Below are positions 12,995-24,609 of a stretch of 64,000 nucleotides of DNA, one piece after another. Origin of the DNA: Mesotaenium endlicherianum (lineage: Eukaryota); NCBI GenBank assembly GCA_009602735.1, contig WELA01001736.1:21837-85836 (forward strand), in the 5' to 3' direction. The position numbers and the translations under genes are program-made. The stretch's first letter is position 1; each line of letters starts with the position of its first letter. The notes beneath the pieces are model-generated. The model was given only the letters and a program-made list of their open reading frames with translations. It was not told the DNA's origin and made no database searches.

Positions 12995-14093
12995 GGCTGC
13001 GGGCAAGGTAGAAATACAAGACGAGGACAATCTAAAATAGAGCTATGCTACTCTCAAACTTCAGAGTTGTCTAGCATCTCTCGATTGTCTAACCTGTTCT
13101 TGCCGAAGTTCTACCGAGAACAACCGAAAAAAGCAGAAAAAGAGCGATTTGTCAACAACCAGATTCCAGTTTCAAGTTTCAACCACCGGCTTGAGGAACG
13201 ACGTCAATGCACGTCAATGCATTCTCTGAAATCCTTCTTCTGACACATATATGCAACTGTTGTACGAAGCTGTACCTTGTCATAATAAATCGACCCGAGC
13301 GTCAAATGGCGTCAGCGTTTGAAGTCAAGGGTTGTCCCGCAGAGATCCAGGCCCCGGAGGCTGTGCAGTGTGCAGTGTGCACTGTGCAGAGTGCGGGCCT
13401 GGTCGAGTCCAGCCGGGGCCAGCTGTGGCCAGCTGAGGCGAGCTGAAGCCTGAAGGTCGCCAGAAGGTCGCTGTCATGCACGACCACCTGGTATGACTCG
13501 ACAGTGCACGAGGTCTTGACTTGTGGAAAGTTTGGCTACCAGGCCAGCACAGGTGGTCGCCGACGACCGCAGATTGCCGCAGATAGCCAGCGATGTCTGC
13601 GATTAACCAATTCCAAAACCAGCCCACACTTACCGAACCTATCAGCCGCGCTGTTCCGGGCCTGGTACTCTTCGGATCCAGCTTGCATGTTGTCAAGTTT
13701 CAACCTCGCGGCTTCTAACCAGGCGGCAAATGCATCTCGGCTACCTCCCCCCGTTCTCTCGCGCAGTCCAAACCCGGACTTGGGCGTCGTAGCGGAATGC
13801 GCGTCCGGAGGTTCCACTCGACGTTTTTAGCAAAAGTCGAGCATGATCTGCAGAAGTAAGCGGTGAGTTTTTAATTCAAAACTTGCAGCTTGCATGGGCA
13901 TATGAGTTCCTCCAAGTTCCCCCAGTTGACCAGGCGCGGACTTATTCCGCGTTATGATGCGCGCCCTTCCATCTTCTCTCTTGTGCCACTTAGATGACTT
14001 TCTTCTGGTTGAATCGCCTGCTTCTTTTATGCTCTAGGGACCGGTGGGACACCTAGTTCGGCAAATCTTAGTGTGCTTTATGATGGCTAGGAT

Positions 14094-14331
14094 GACAACT
14101 GCGTAGCAAGTTTTGGGGGTCTGTGTAAAGAAACATAATTCAACAAAATGTGGTGGACGATAGCGGATAGGACCCATCTTCGTTTGGTTGCTGTAAGAGT
14201 GCTGAAGGAACTGACAGCTGAGTAGCAAGTTTTGGGGGTCTGTGGAAGGGGACATGATTCAACAAAGTGTGGTGGAAGATAGCGGACAGTACACATCCTC
14301 GTGTGGTTACTGTAAGAGTGCTGGGGAGACT
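14094..14331 (+). repeat. 119-bp tandem duplication covering the ATE1 start; upstream copy degenerate
   Basis: Copy 1 at 14094-14212 and copy 2 at 14213-14331 share tagcaagttttgggggtctgtg...attcaacaaa.tgtggtgga.gatagcgga...ctgtaagagtgctg. Confidence 0.9.
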
Positions 14332-17300
14332 AGTGTCTCTCACGGTGAGTACCTCGTCCGACAAGCAACGTTTTAAACACCTTTTAATTGCATCAGGACG
14401 ATATTGTATCCATTCTGATATTCCTTTAATGCTGAACCTGATGAGTAACTTCATTTGGATGTCAAACAGGTCTTTGGGCCCACGCACTGACCGTGGAAGA
14501 CTATCAAGGTAATTAAGGTTTGTGCCTTTTGTTTGATGTTGCTACCATTGGGACGTAGAATAGACCAAGAAGACTATGGTTTACTATGGCCTTTTCTGGA
14601 AGTAGTGCAAGTAGTGATTCATCGATGCTCTGTAAGGAGTGAGATTAGGTAGCACTCCCTAGACTGGACCATGAAAAGAGAAGAAAATAACTTAGCAGTT
14701 ATCTCTTTCTTTCCTTTGTGCAGATTTGCTAAACAGAGGATGGAGGAGATCAGGGAAGTTTGTCTACAAGCCAGCAATGGACAAGACATGCTGTCCGCCT
14801 TATACAATAAGACTCAACTGCAAAGACTTTGTGGCCTCAAAAGAACAACGCCGGGTCATGAGCCGGATGGAAAGGTATGCCATTTGCATCCCACTGCGAC
14901 CATCAGTATCTGCCCTACTTCACACTCGCAAAACTCTTCATACCAGGATGTGACTTGTGGGGCCTTTTCATAGAGGAAGCCGGTCGTGGGCTGTTGGGTG
15001 CAAACCAAGCTCAAATTCTCATCAGGGAGTATATTGATTTGCCCAACACAGGTACCTCAAGGGAGTGCTGTCTCCGCCGGTGAAAGAGGGGCGCACGTCC
15101 ACTGCCGGTGACTTTGCTTCGGGGCAAGAGGAAGAGGGTGTCGGGGGTATGAATACGGTAAACAGCAAAGAATTTCTGCCTCTTACCAGAGCAGTGCATA
15201 AAAGGGAACATAGACAGGGAGAAAGCAGTCAGGCGCTGCAGCCTCCCACCAGAGCAGTGCATAGAGGGGAACATGGACAGGGAAACAGCAGTCAGGCGCT
15301 GCCTCAAGGAAGAACTTACGTTCTTCCTCCTGCATCCTTTCGGGACAATAGCGTCCTCAGTAAGCTGGTCTGCGAAGTGGATGCTGCAGTGAGGTTCTGC
15401 CAGGTAGTAGGTGAGCTCCCAGAGCATGCTGTGTTTGCGCCGGTGGCTGTGCGTGCCACGCCGGCAAAGGTGAGGGCACAGCTGAAGAAGAAGACAAAGA
15501 AGAAGAAGGAGAAGCAGCAGCAGCAGCAGCAGCAGAAGGAGGAGGAGGAGGAGGAGGTGGAGGAAGCAGACGTGGCCTACACGAGCAACGTAGCCTTCTC
15601 CATCTCGGGACACCTCAGGCGCCTGGCTGCGATGGACGCTTCTGCTTCTGCAACAGCAGGCAGACACGAGGCGGTAGCAGTAACAACAGCAGCAGCAGCG
15701 GCAGCAGCTCCATCAGGTAACTCTTGGGGGCCAGCAGAGGTTGCAACAGGCATGGACCACGCGGTGGAGGGGCAAGGCGAGAGCGAGGAGGCTGGTAGGG
15801 ACAGAGCTCGGTGCCAGAATGAGTTAGCCACGGCGACAAGAATGCCAGCTGATGGCGAGCAGCTTCCTCCTGGGAGTGGGAAGCCGCCAGAAGCGATGCA
15901 GCGGAGACGCGGCAGCTCACATGTAGAAGATGCAGCAGGAGGAGGAGGAGGAGGAGGAAGGGCAGGAGGAGCACATGCGGTGGCTGAGATGTTGGCGCGC
16001 AGGTTGCAGGGGGTGGGGGTCAGCCTACCTGGCGGTCTGAAAGCAGAAGCTCTCAATGGCCATCTCAATTTTGTATCGCATCCGCAACCACAACCGCAGC
16101 CGCAGGGCCAGGCAGTAGCCATGGCGGCTGTTGGTAGCAGCCCGCGAGGTCTTGCAGAAGCAGAGAGTAAGTCAACGGTAGGCTCTGATCCATTTGCTCC
16201 AGAGCATATGCAGAAGCTTCCACAGAAATGGGCAACTGATGCTCACAACACACATACCAAGGGGACATCTGGACTCCCTGATGACGCCCACAAGGGAGCA
16301 GCAGCCGCAGGAGGAGGTGAGGGATTCAGTGGTGCACCACAAGGCACAAACACGAGCATGCGCTCTTGCGGGGGGAAAGAAAAGCTACCCCGCCACCACC
16401 ACCACTCCCACCAACCCCACCACCCCCACACTAGAATGAAAGGAGGGGGGCAAGGACAGGAGGCAGCAGCAGCAACAGCAGGAGCAGCAGCAGCAGCAGA
16501 AGTAGGACTCGAGAGCTCCCTGGGAGGGCTTAAGCAGGAGGGCGGCAGCAGTGCCGCGAGCAGCCGGGGGGGCCCCACTGCTCCATCGAAGCCCAAGGAG
16601 GGGGCGACGCGCGAGCTGCAGGTCACGCTTGCCAGGTCAGCATTCGACGCGGAGGAGTTCCAGCTGTTCAAGAAGTACCAGGTGGCCGTGCACGGCGACA
16701 AGCCCGGCAGCGTGACGCCCGCGCACTACCGGCGCTTCCTCGTCGACTCCCCCCTCATCCCCGTGGCGCCGCGCGCCGATGGCTCCACGCCGCCCTGCGG
16801 CTTCGGGTCCTTCCATCAGCAGTACCGCGTGGACGGGCGCCTCATTGCGGTGGGCGTGGTGGACATCCTGCCCACGTGCCTGTCGAGCAAGTACTTGTTC
16901 TGGGACCCCGAGTATGCGTTCCTGTCGCCGGGGAAGTACTCGGCGCTGCAGGAGGTGGCGTGGGTGCGGGCGGCGGGGGGGGCGTGTGCGTCGCTGGCGT
17001 ACTATTACTTGGGGTACTACATCCACAACTGCCCCAAGATGAAGTACAAGGCGGCCTACGCGCCCTCCGAGCTCCTCTGCCCCCTCCGCTTCCAGTGAGT
17101 GCCTGACCCACACGCGCACGCACACACACACACACACATACGCACACACACCAACACACACACACACACATACACACGCACCCATGAATGCGTGTGTGCG
17201 TGCCTTCCTTTTCCTGCTCTTCTCGGCCTGCATGTCCTGCTTTGTTGTCGCGGGCTCTTGTCAGAAACGGAGGTGGATAAGTCCAATCGGACGAAGCGGA

Positions 17301-19393
17301 GCGCCAGTGGAGTCTGCTTCCCACGCTCACTCCAGCACTTGCTCTGCTTCGCTGTGAGCCCTGTGCTCTTTGTTTTCTGGCTAGCAACTGCTTTCTCTGC
17401 TGCAGACCTGCTTGTACCGCTAGTATCAAAGTGAGGGGGGAAGTGCCAGCCTGGGGCCATTGCACTGGAGCTTCTCCTGCACCTGCATGGGCACCGTGTG
17501 GTGCAGCTCAGGGAGGAGCGGAGGGAGGGAGACAGGCAGAGACAGGAAGACAGACAAAGACACGGACAAAGTGTGAAAGATAGAGACAGACAAAGAAAGA
17601 CAGAGGGATACAGGGGAGAGAGCCTCACAAGGGAAAGGGCTGGTGGACCGGGTGTTGCTGTCGCGGTACGATGATGGTGCAGGTGGGTGCCCTACTCGGT
17701 GGCAGAGCCCCTGCTGGACCGCACCTCTCTGGTGTTTCTCTCCAGCTTTCTCCCTCGCCCCCGCCAGACCGCCTCCATTTGCGCTACGACGACGGAGTCC
17801 AGCCCTCATGGTCACGGGGGGGCACCTTGGAGAAGGCAAGGCAGCCCTCAGAGGGGAGAGGGTCAGTTGCCGGCGGCGCAAGAGCTGCAAGAGGTGCTGG
17901 GCGATGCCAGGTGGCACAACAGGGCGGCGGCAGCGGGGGCAGAGGTTGCGGCGGGCCGGGGGGGGGCNNNNNNNNNNNNNNNNNNNNNNNNNNNNNNNNN
18001 NNNNNNNNNNNNNNNNNNNNNNNNNNNNNNNNNNNNNNNNNNNNNNNNNNNNNNNNNNNNNNNNNNNNNNNNNNNNNNNNNNNNNNNNNNNNNNNNNNNN
18101 NNNNNNNNNNNNNNNNNNNNNNNNNNNNNNNNNNNNNNNNNNNNNNNNNNNNNNNNNNNNNNNNNNNNNNNNNNNNNNNNNNNNNNNNNNNNNNNNNNNN
18201 NNNNNNNNNNNNNNNNNNNNNNNNNNNNNNNNNNNNNNNNNNNNNNNNNNNNNNNNNNNNNNNNNNNNNNNNNNNNNNNNNNNNNNNNNNNNNNNNNNNN
18301 NNNNNNNNNNNNNNNNNNNNNNNNNNNNNNNNNNNNNNNNNNNNNNNNNNNNNNNNNNNNNNNNNNNNNNNNNNNNNNNNNNNNNNNNNNNNNNNNNNNN
18401 NNNNNNNNNNNNNNNNNNNNNNNNNNNNNNNNNNNNNNNNNNNNNNNNNNNNNNNNNNNNNNNNNNNNNNNNNNNNNNNNNNNNNNNNNNNNNNNNNNNN
18501 NNNNNNNNNNNNNNNNNNNNNNNNNNNNNNNNNNNNNNNNNNNNNNNNNNNNNNNNNNNNNNNNNNNNNNNNNNNNNNNNNNNNNNNNNNNNNNNNNNNN
18601 NNNNNNNNNNNNNNNNNNNNNNNNNNNNNNNNNNNNNNNNNNNNGGCCGGGGGGGGGCGGGGGGGGCAGAGGGGAAGGGGAAGGACTTGGAGATGGTGGA
18701 GTCTGAAGATGAGGCTGCCGCGGCGGCAGCCTCGTCCTCGATGGACTTGGACTCGAAATGCGCAGGGAGGGGGAGGGGGCCACTTGGCAAGGGCCTGGGC
18801 CTGGAGGAGGAGCAGGTGCTGGAGGCGCGCGTCCGGGCCGCTGTCGGCAGCGTCCCTCTCCTTGTCAATGGCACCATCATGCGGTACCAGGTGCGGCCCT
18901 TCCCCTCTGCTCTAATCGTGGAGGTGCATGCGCATTTGCATTCAGGCAACTACCAGCTGTGCGCATGTGCAGTGGGACAGGGACGCCAGCGCTGCTACCG
19001 GCCTCGATCAATTATTGTTGTTCGCCTGTTCTGTCTCTGCTTGGCGCCCATGTGTTGGGGAGAGACGTCAATTTGTGGTACCATTGGTGCTTCGTGGCAA
19101 CTAAGAGGGAAGTCGAGCCCGCGCTGGTCTCTGCTCATCAGGAGGAGCTCATCTGAGTGTGGGGGGTAGTGCAAAGTGGGCCTTTCTCCTCGTGACTTCA
19201 TAGGTTGGTGTGGTCAGAGTTCACGATATTTTTTTAATTTTTCTTGTGCACGGGCTTGCGGTGGGTGCAGCTCGTGGTGGGCTTGCAGTGGGTCCGGCAA
19301 GAGGCACAGAAAGCCCTCACAGATCAGCTCAGCTCATACTTGCACCTTGTGGGCCCCGAGTTGGGCACCCGCCTAGCCTACTCGTTCTTGTAG
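14254..19393 (+). CDS. ATE1: Arginyl-tRNA--protein transferase (N-degron pathway arginyltransferase)
   Basis: Exons 14254-14344 (SVVEDSGQYTSSCGYCKS), 14470-14508 (LWAHALTVEDYQ), 14724-14874 (LLNRGWRRSGKFVYKPAMDKTCCPPYTIRL), 15052-17094 (...FQLFKKYQVAVH...GSFHQQYRVDGRLIAVGVVDILP...YYYLGYYIHNCPKMKYKAAYAPSELLCP), 17683-18890 spanning an N gap (WVPYSVAEPLL...LVNGTIMRYQ), and 19271-19393 (YLHLVGPELGTRLAYSFL*). Structure inside the gap is unknown. Confidence 0.93.
17109..17180. repeat. (CA)n-type compound microsatellite in an ATE1 intron
   Basis: Direct observation. Confidence 0.9.
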
Positions 19394-21376
19394 TGGATTG
19401 GGCGGAGTGATGAGACATCTGTACTGGGCAGGTGAATGGCCATAGTTCGTTGAAATACAGCTGGCGGTTGGCATGCGGAGGTTGTCGCTTTTGTGGAGAT
19501 GTTGAAGTTGCTGCTTTTCCAATTTTCTAGGTCAATAATCTTCCCGGGTGCTATGTGATTGAAAAGCTTAGGCATCTCGCTGGTGCAACTACCTAGCTTT
19601 AGAACACGAAGGTTGGGCGGTATCTTCTTACAGGTGACAGTGGGGACATTATGAAAGGCCTCTACGTGCCAGTGCTCTGGCAGGGTTGTCAGACGGGGTT
19701 ACTGGCGTTCTTCATTGCAAGGGATTGACATTGTGTAGATGCATGTAGGTTAGTGCTTCAGAGTGTTGCTCGAGAGTGAAATGGGGTTCAATATACAGCC
19801 AACTACATTACCTGACATGAGGTGCAGAATGGATTAAGTTGCAGGCAGGACGTCACAAGCATGTGAACTTGTTTTGGAGCAAGGATGTGCGGATTGTTGA
19901 TAGTGCAAGTGTATAGGAGGTTGCACAGCGTAGAAGTTGACAAGGGATCACATCCTGGTGACTTTAAGCAGTTCTTCGTGGTGACTTTGCACTCTGGATC
20001 TTGTTCCTTCACTGCTTGGCAACTACTCATTTTCCATGTATTAAAACAACTCTCCGGCACAACAGCTGACGACGACATGTCTTTTTTATTAACTGCGCTT
20101 GAGAGCTCCAGTGCACACAGTGGCCATGCTTCCTTACTCCACATACGCAGATGTATGAGCAGATATAAAGCTCATCAGCAAATCTTGGAGAGACAAAGAA
20201 GCACGAAACAACGAGGTCCAGCAATAAAGACACGTCAAAATATTGATACATGTAGCAGAAAAGCACATGAAACACCACGAGAAAGAGTGACACTTGCTTT
20301 CCACTTCAGTGACCTCAGAAATGACGCGTAAACATGATGCGCTGTGCATGGACACACACAGCAATATTGATAGATTTCTGCCCTGAAGATTACACTCTCA
20401 AAAGTCATACCAGAGCTGCATGCAAACAGACCCCCTGCTGCCTGATGGCCCCTTTTAATGGCAAGGCCATGCCCCACCTATCGGAGCAACCTGAAGCCTT
20501 TCTGTTGACTCCTTGGCATACTTCCTGCCCCCATAACATGTTCCCAAGGGCATTCTCTTCATCCGCTCTTTCGCCCCACTGCAAGTGATTCTGCAATGAT
20601 AGACTGGTGTCATACTTTAGAACAACAACTTTGACATTGATGCTACATGCACTGCGCTGAAATCACATAAAATAAAACGAGTTGGCGTACTCTGTTGCTC
20701 TATACCTACTTCTCATTGCTCCCTGCAGCCGAGAGACATCGGTGAAGTATCTCATTGTGTGTTAAAATCATCTGCCAGGCTACCACGAGAAGGGCTGGAG
20801 GCTGTGATTCTTGTGGCCTGGAGTGAGAGAGCAGGGTAGCAGGCTTTCAGGCGTAGGCTACACGTCAAGGACAGGGCTTCTTACCTACTCCCCCCCCCCT
20901 TCTGCTCTTTGATGCTACTGGAAACGAGAAAAGCACAAAGACTAACAAGCTACAAGGGGCATACACATGTCAAAATGGAGGAAAGTTGCTGTGCCAGAAT
21001 GCCACAATGCTGACCCCCAGCATCTGTCTGCTGAAAGGTTGCCAACAACAGTCAACAACGAGCTCACGCATGCAACGCACGTAGATGCATGAGTTCATGT
21101 ATGCGATGCAGATATACACATTTAATCAGCAACTAACACCAGTACTTGCCCTCCGAACGTCAATAATTAGCTGGCGTGAAAGTTGGAAGGTCGCTGAGGA
21201 TGATTCAACAAGTCACAACGATAGTGATGTTCTGAGATCCCAAACAGTTCCGCCTGTTCCTCTTGATGATGCATGGCTCCCACCCTCAGTGCTCCCTGTA
21301 GGCTGCCCCCCTACACGCCCACGCCGCTTCACACCATGCCGACTACAGGACGAGGGACCGGTGGCAGCAGCAGTGC

Positions 21377-22753
21377 GTGCGCGACGCGCAGGCTCTGGCC
21401 CGCCCAGTGCCCGAAGAGGCCTTGCAGGACGCGCGTGCGCGCTGGCGCACTTATCACGCACATTCTCGCATGGCTCGCCCGCAGCCGCTGCTCGAGCGCA
21501 TTCCTCAACTTACTCGCCACTACGCAGAGCTCGCAGTGGCGGCCCTCCGCATGGAGCCCCATCAGCACAGTTTGCTGCGCTCCTATCCACCGCCAGCGCA
21601 GGCCGGCGATCCCGCCCTGGGCTGTCGCCCCCTTCCTACGCCTATCTACATCGCACAGCTCGACGAGCGTCCCGGCGGCATTGTCCTTGTCGAGCTCTTC
21701 GCCGGCATTGCAACAGGGTTGCTGGCCACCCTGCAGGCTGGCATCCCCGTACGTCGGTACGTCTACGTGGACCCCGATGGCGAGGCGCAACATGTCGCCC
21801 GCAGGCAGATAACCTTATGCCACGAGCGTTTCCCAGAGCTCTTCCCTGAGTATGCCTTCTACCGTGCCCAGACTGACTGGCCCATGGACATCCGCGACAT
21901 TACAGCCGAGCACATCACGCGCCTCGGGCCCATCGACCTCATCATTGCTGGCTGGGAGTGCCAAGGCTTCTCCATTGCGGGACGGGGCGGCGCGCTCGGT
22001 GACCCGCGTACGGCCTTGTTCTGGCACCTGCTCCGCGTCCTCAACATGGTTGAGGACCGCCAGCCGCCACACACGCTCGCCTGGGTGTTGGAGAACGTGG
22101 TTGTCCGCCACGATTCTCGGCCCAACGTCAGCGCCGACTTTTTCCTCTGCAGCAGCTACGTCGGTCGTGAGGCAGTCATCGACGCCGCTCAGATTGGTTC
22201 CTTCGCGCATCGCGTGCGCGCCTACTTCACCAACCTGGCCATGCCAGGCACGCTTGAGGCATTAGCGGCCGCACATCCACGCCACACGCGCAACGTTGAC
22301 TCCATCCTCGACGTGGCGCGCCTGGCCCAGCGCGTGGTCGCCCTTCCGCATCCTTCTCAGGCCCAGTGTGAGGTCCTCCGCGACGTCACGCGGGCGCTTC
22401 CTACGTTCGTGAGTCGCTACGACAGCGCGGCCTACGTGGGCGACCAGCGCGGCATGATCATTGACCTCGAGACTGGCATGTTCCAACAACCCCGTGCCGT
22501 GGAGATGGAGCGTGCGATGGGCTTCCCTCCGCACCTCACACAGGTGGACGGCATCACCGAGGTCAACCGCGTGCGTCTCCTTGGCCAGGCTATTGATGCC
22601 AACGTCTTGACGTGGCTTCTCTTGCAGACACAAGCCCTGACTCCCCTTTACGCCCAGGCTCGTGATCCTGAGATGGACCAGTCCTATGACGCCATTGATC
22701 GCGATTCCGACGGCGACGGTCGCGCCCCGCCTGGTACAACCTGGCATTCCTAG
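21377..22753 (+). CDS. C5 cytosine-specific DNA methyltransferase domain (DNMT3/Dcm-like) carried by retrotransposon A
   Basis: Ordered C5-MTase motifs: I VLVELFAGI (~21683-21709), II YVYVDPD, III DIRDI, IV IDLIIAGWECQGFSIAG (catalytic Cys at 21959), VI WVLENV (22091), VIII HRVRAYFTN (22208), IX EMERAMGFP, X RVRLLGQAID (~22570-22597). Confidence 0.93.
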   Translation: MRDAQALARPVPEEALQDARARWRTYHAHSRMARPQPLLERIPQLTRHYAELAVAALRMEPHQHSLLRSYPPPAQAGDPALGCRPLPTPIYIAQLDERPGGIVLVELFAGIATGLLATLQAGIPVRRYVYVDPDGEAQHVARRQITLCHERFPELFPEYAFYRAQTDWPMDIRDITAEHITRLGPIDLIIAGWECQGFSIAGRGGALGDPRTALFWHLLRVLNMVEDRQPPHTLAWVLENVVVRHDSRPNVSADFFLCSSYVGREAVIDAAQIGSFAHRVRAYFTNLAMPGTLEALAAAHPRHTRNVDSILDVARLAQRVVALPHPSQAQCEVLRDVTRALPTFVSRYDSAAYVGDQRGMIIDLETGMFQQPRAVEMERAMGFPPHLTQVDGITEVNRVRLLGQAIDANVLTWLLLQTQALTPLYAQARDPEMDQSYDAIDRDSDGDGRAPPGTTWHS

Positions 22754-22918
22754 CGTGAGGGTCCAGCTTCCCAGCAGCCGCCTGCGCCTCGTCCTGGTCC
22801 TCGTTTTGGTTCGCTGGGGGGGGGCAGGAGGAGACAGGAGTCCTCACAGCGACCCAGGGAGTTTCGTTCTCCATTTCTTTTTCCACGCTCTCCGCCGCCT
22901 ACAGGTGGTGCAGGGCGC

Positions 22919-24609
22919 ATGGCAGCAGCTGACGAGGAGAGGGCACCCGAGGCAGGTCAAGTGCAGCCAGCTGCAGGACAGGTGACGCCTGCAGACACAC
23001 AGATCGCGCCAGCAGCAGGGCAGGAGGCGCCAGCCGCAGCGCAAGAGCCACCACCGGTTGTTCCTACTTGGAAGCTGGGGGGGACTCTCACTAGGGCACA
23101 GGCTGCTCAGCTAACGGCATTGCTGGATGCACGGCGCAGTGCCAGCTTTGCCAGCGGCATGCACGATCTTGGGCGCTACAAAGGCAACCCTATGAGGATA
23201 TCCCTCCAGACAGACGTGCCCATCTTCCAGAAGCGCTATCGCTACAGCCGCTTTGAGGACGACCTGATCAGCACGCAGACAGGCAAGCTAGAGGAGTGTC
23301 AGCTCATTCGTGAGTCTGCCTCCACCTACGCTGCGCCCACAGTCATGCCAACTAAGAAGGACGCCTCAGGCAACTGGTCTGAGAAGAGGATGTGCGGTGA
23401 CTATCGTAAGCTTAACGAGGTCACTGAGCAGGACAGATACCCTATGCCGACCCCTGACGAGATCTTCGACGACATCGGCGCTTGTACTTGGTTCTCGGTG
23501 CTGGATTTGAGGCAGGGCTTCAACCAGATACCCACTGCGGAGGAGGACCAGCATAAGACGGCTTTTGGGGATCGCAGCGTCTCTACGAGTGGAGGGTTAT
23601 GCCCTTCGGCTTAAAGAATGCTCCTGCCACCTTCCAGCGAGTCATGGATAAGGAGCTGGCAGGGCTCCCCTTTGCTCGGTGCTACATCGATGATGTGCTC
23701 GACTTCGGTGAGACGTTTGAGGAGCACGTGGCATATATCACTACAGTTCTGGACCGCTTGGAGGCCGTTGGGCTCAAGTGTCATCCAGGCAAGTGCACCT
23801 TTGGGACCCGGGAGGTGGAGTACCTCGGGCATCTTCTGTCTTCCAATGGTTTGGCTCCTCAGCTGGCCAAGATCTCGGCCATCACAGGCATCCCGCCGCC
23901 GACCGACCTCTCGCAGTTGAGGGCCTTTCTTGGCATCGCCAACTACTATCGCCACTTTGTGCCTGGGTGCAGCGAGCTGGCCAAGCCGCTCAACGACTTG
24001 CTACGCAAGGGCGTTGCCTACGTGTGGGGACCAGAGCAGCAGGCAGCGTTTGACAAGCTCAAGGAGCTGTTGGTGAGCGCCCCAGTACTACGGCGGCCTG
24101 ACAATTAGAAGCCCTTCATCCTCCACACCGACTGGTCGCAGGCAGGGCTTGGAGCAGTGCTGGTGCAGGAGCATGACGGCTTCGAGCATGTGGTGGCGTA
24201 CGCCAGCCACAGCAACAACCGTGCCGAGGGCAACTACGGCTCCTATGAGGGAGAGTGCCTGGCAGCGGTGTGGGCGATGGTGCATTTCAGGCACTATCTC
24301 TACGGCACCCACTTCCGCTTGGTCACCGACCATCAGCCACTCAATAGGCTCATGACGTCGGAGCGCCTGACAGGCAAGTACGCACGGTGGGCACTCACCT
24401 TGCAGGAGTACACCTTTGACGTGCACCATCGTCCAAGGTCGACGAACCTGGACGCTGACGGCCTCAGCTGCAACCCGCTGCCCTCTTTGCAAGACCTTAC
24501 AGTAGCACGCCACGATGAGGATGAGCCAGTGGCCTGGCACGCGGCGGCATTCCTGGCCTTCACCGTTGACGGCGACGTGCGGCCCGCAGGGCTCACTAGC
24601 CTAGACTAA
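22919..24609 (+). pseudogene. Element A reverse transcriptase and RNase H (disrupted)
   Basis: RMCGDYRKLN, RYPMPTPDEIF, FSVLDLRQGFNQI, HKTAF, a 1-nt frameshift at ~23566, MPFGLKNAPATFQ, CYIDD, LRAFLGIANYYR, an in-frame TAG at 24106-24108, then FILHTDWS..GLGAVL, VAYAS, ECLAAVW, LVTDHQPL and ADGLS. Confidence 0.93.

Noticed and set aside
13207..13830. Overlapping short ORFs in the SRPRA-ATE1 spacer
   Set aside because: No motifs or consistent splice structure; probably promoter and 5' UTR sequence.
17426..19169. Long 300-500 aa ORFs in several frames
   Set aside because: Artefacts of translating through the N gap at 17968-18644; only the ATE1 frame pieces are credible.
19803..20900. Short ORFs between ATE1 and the TE block
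   Set aside because: Stop-riddled, with no recognisable family; possibly a decayed gene but cannot be supported as a feature.
21377..22753. DNMT as a host DRM/DNMT3 gene or a bacterial restriction-modification contaminant
   Set aside because: Intronless, motif order not permuted as in DRM, no PWWP/UBA domain or cognate nuclease, and in frame with a retrotransposon RT inside eukaryotic gene context.
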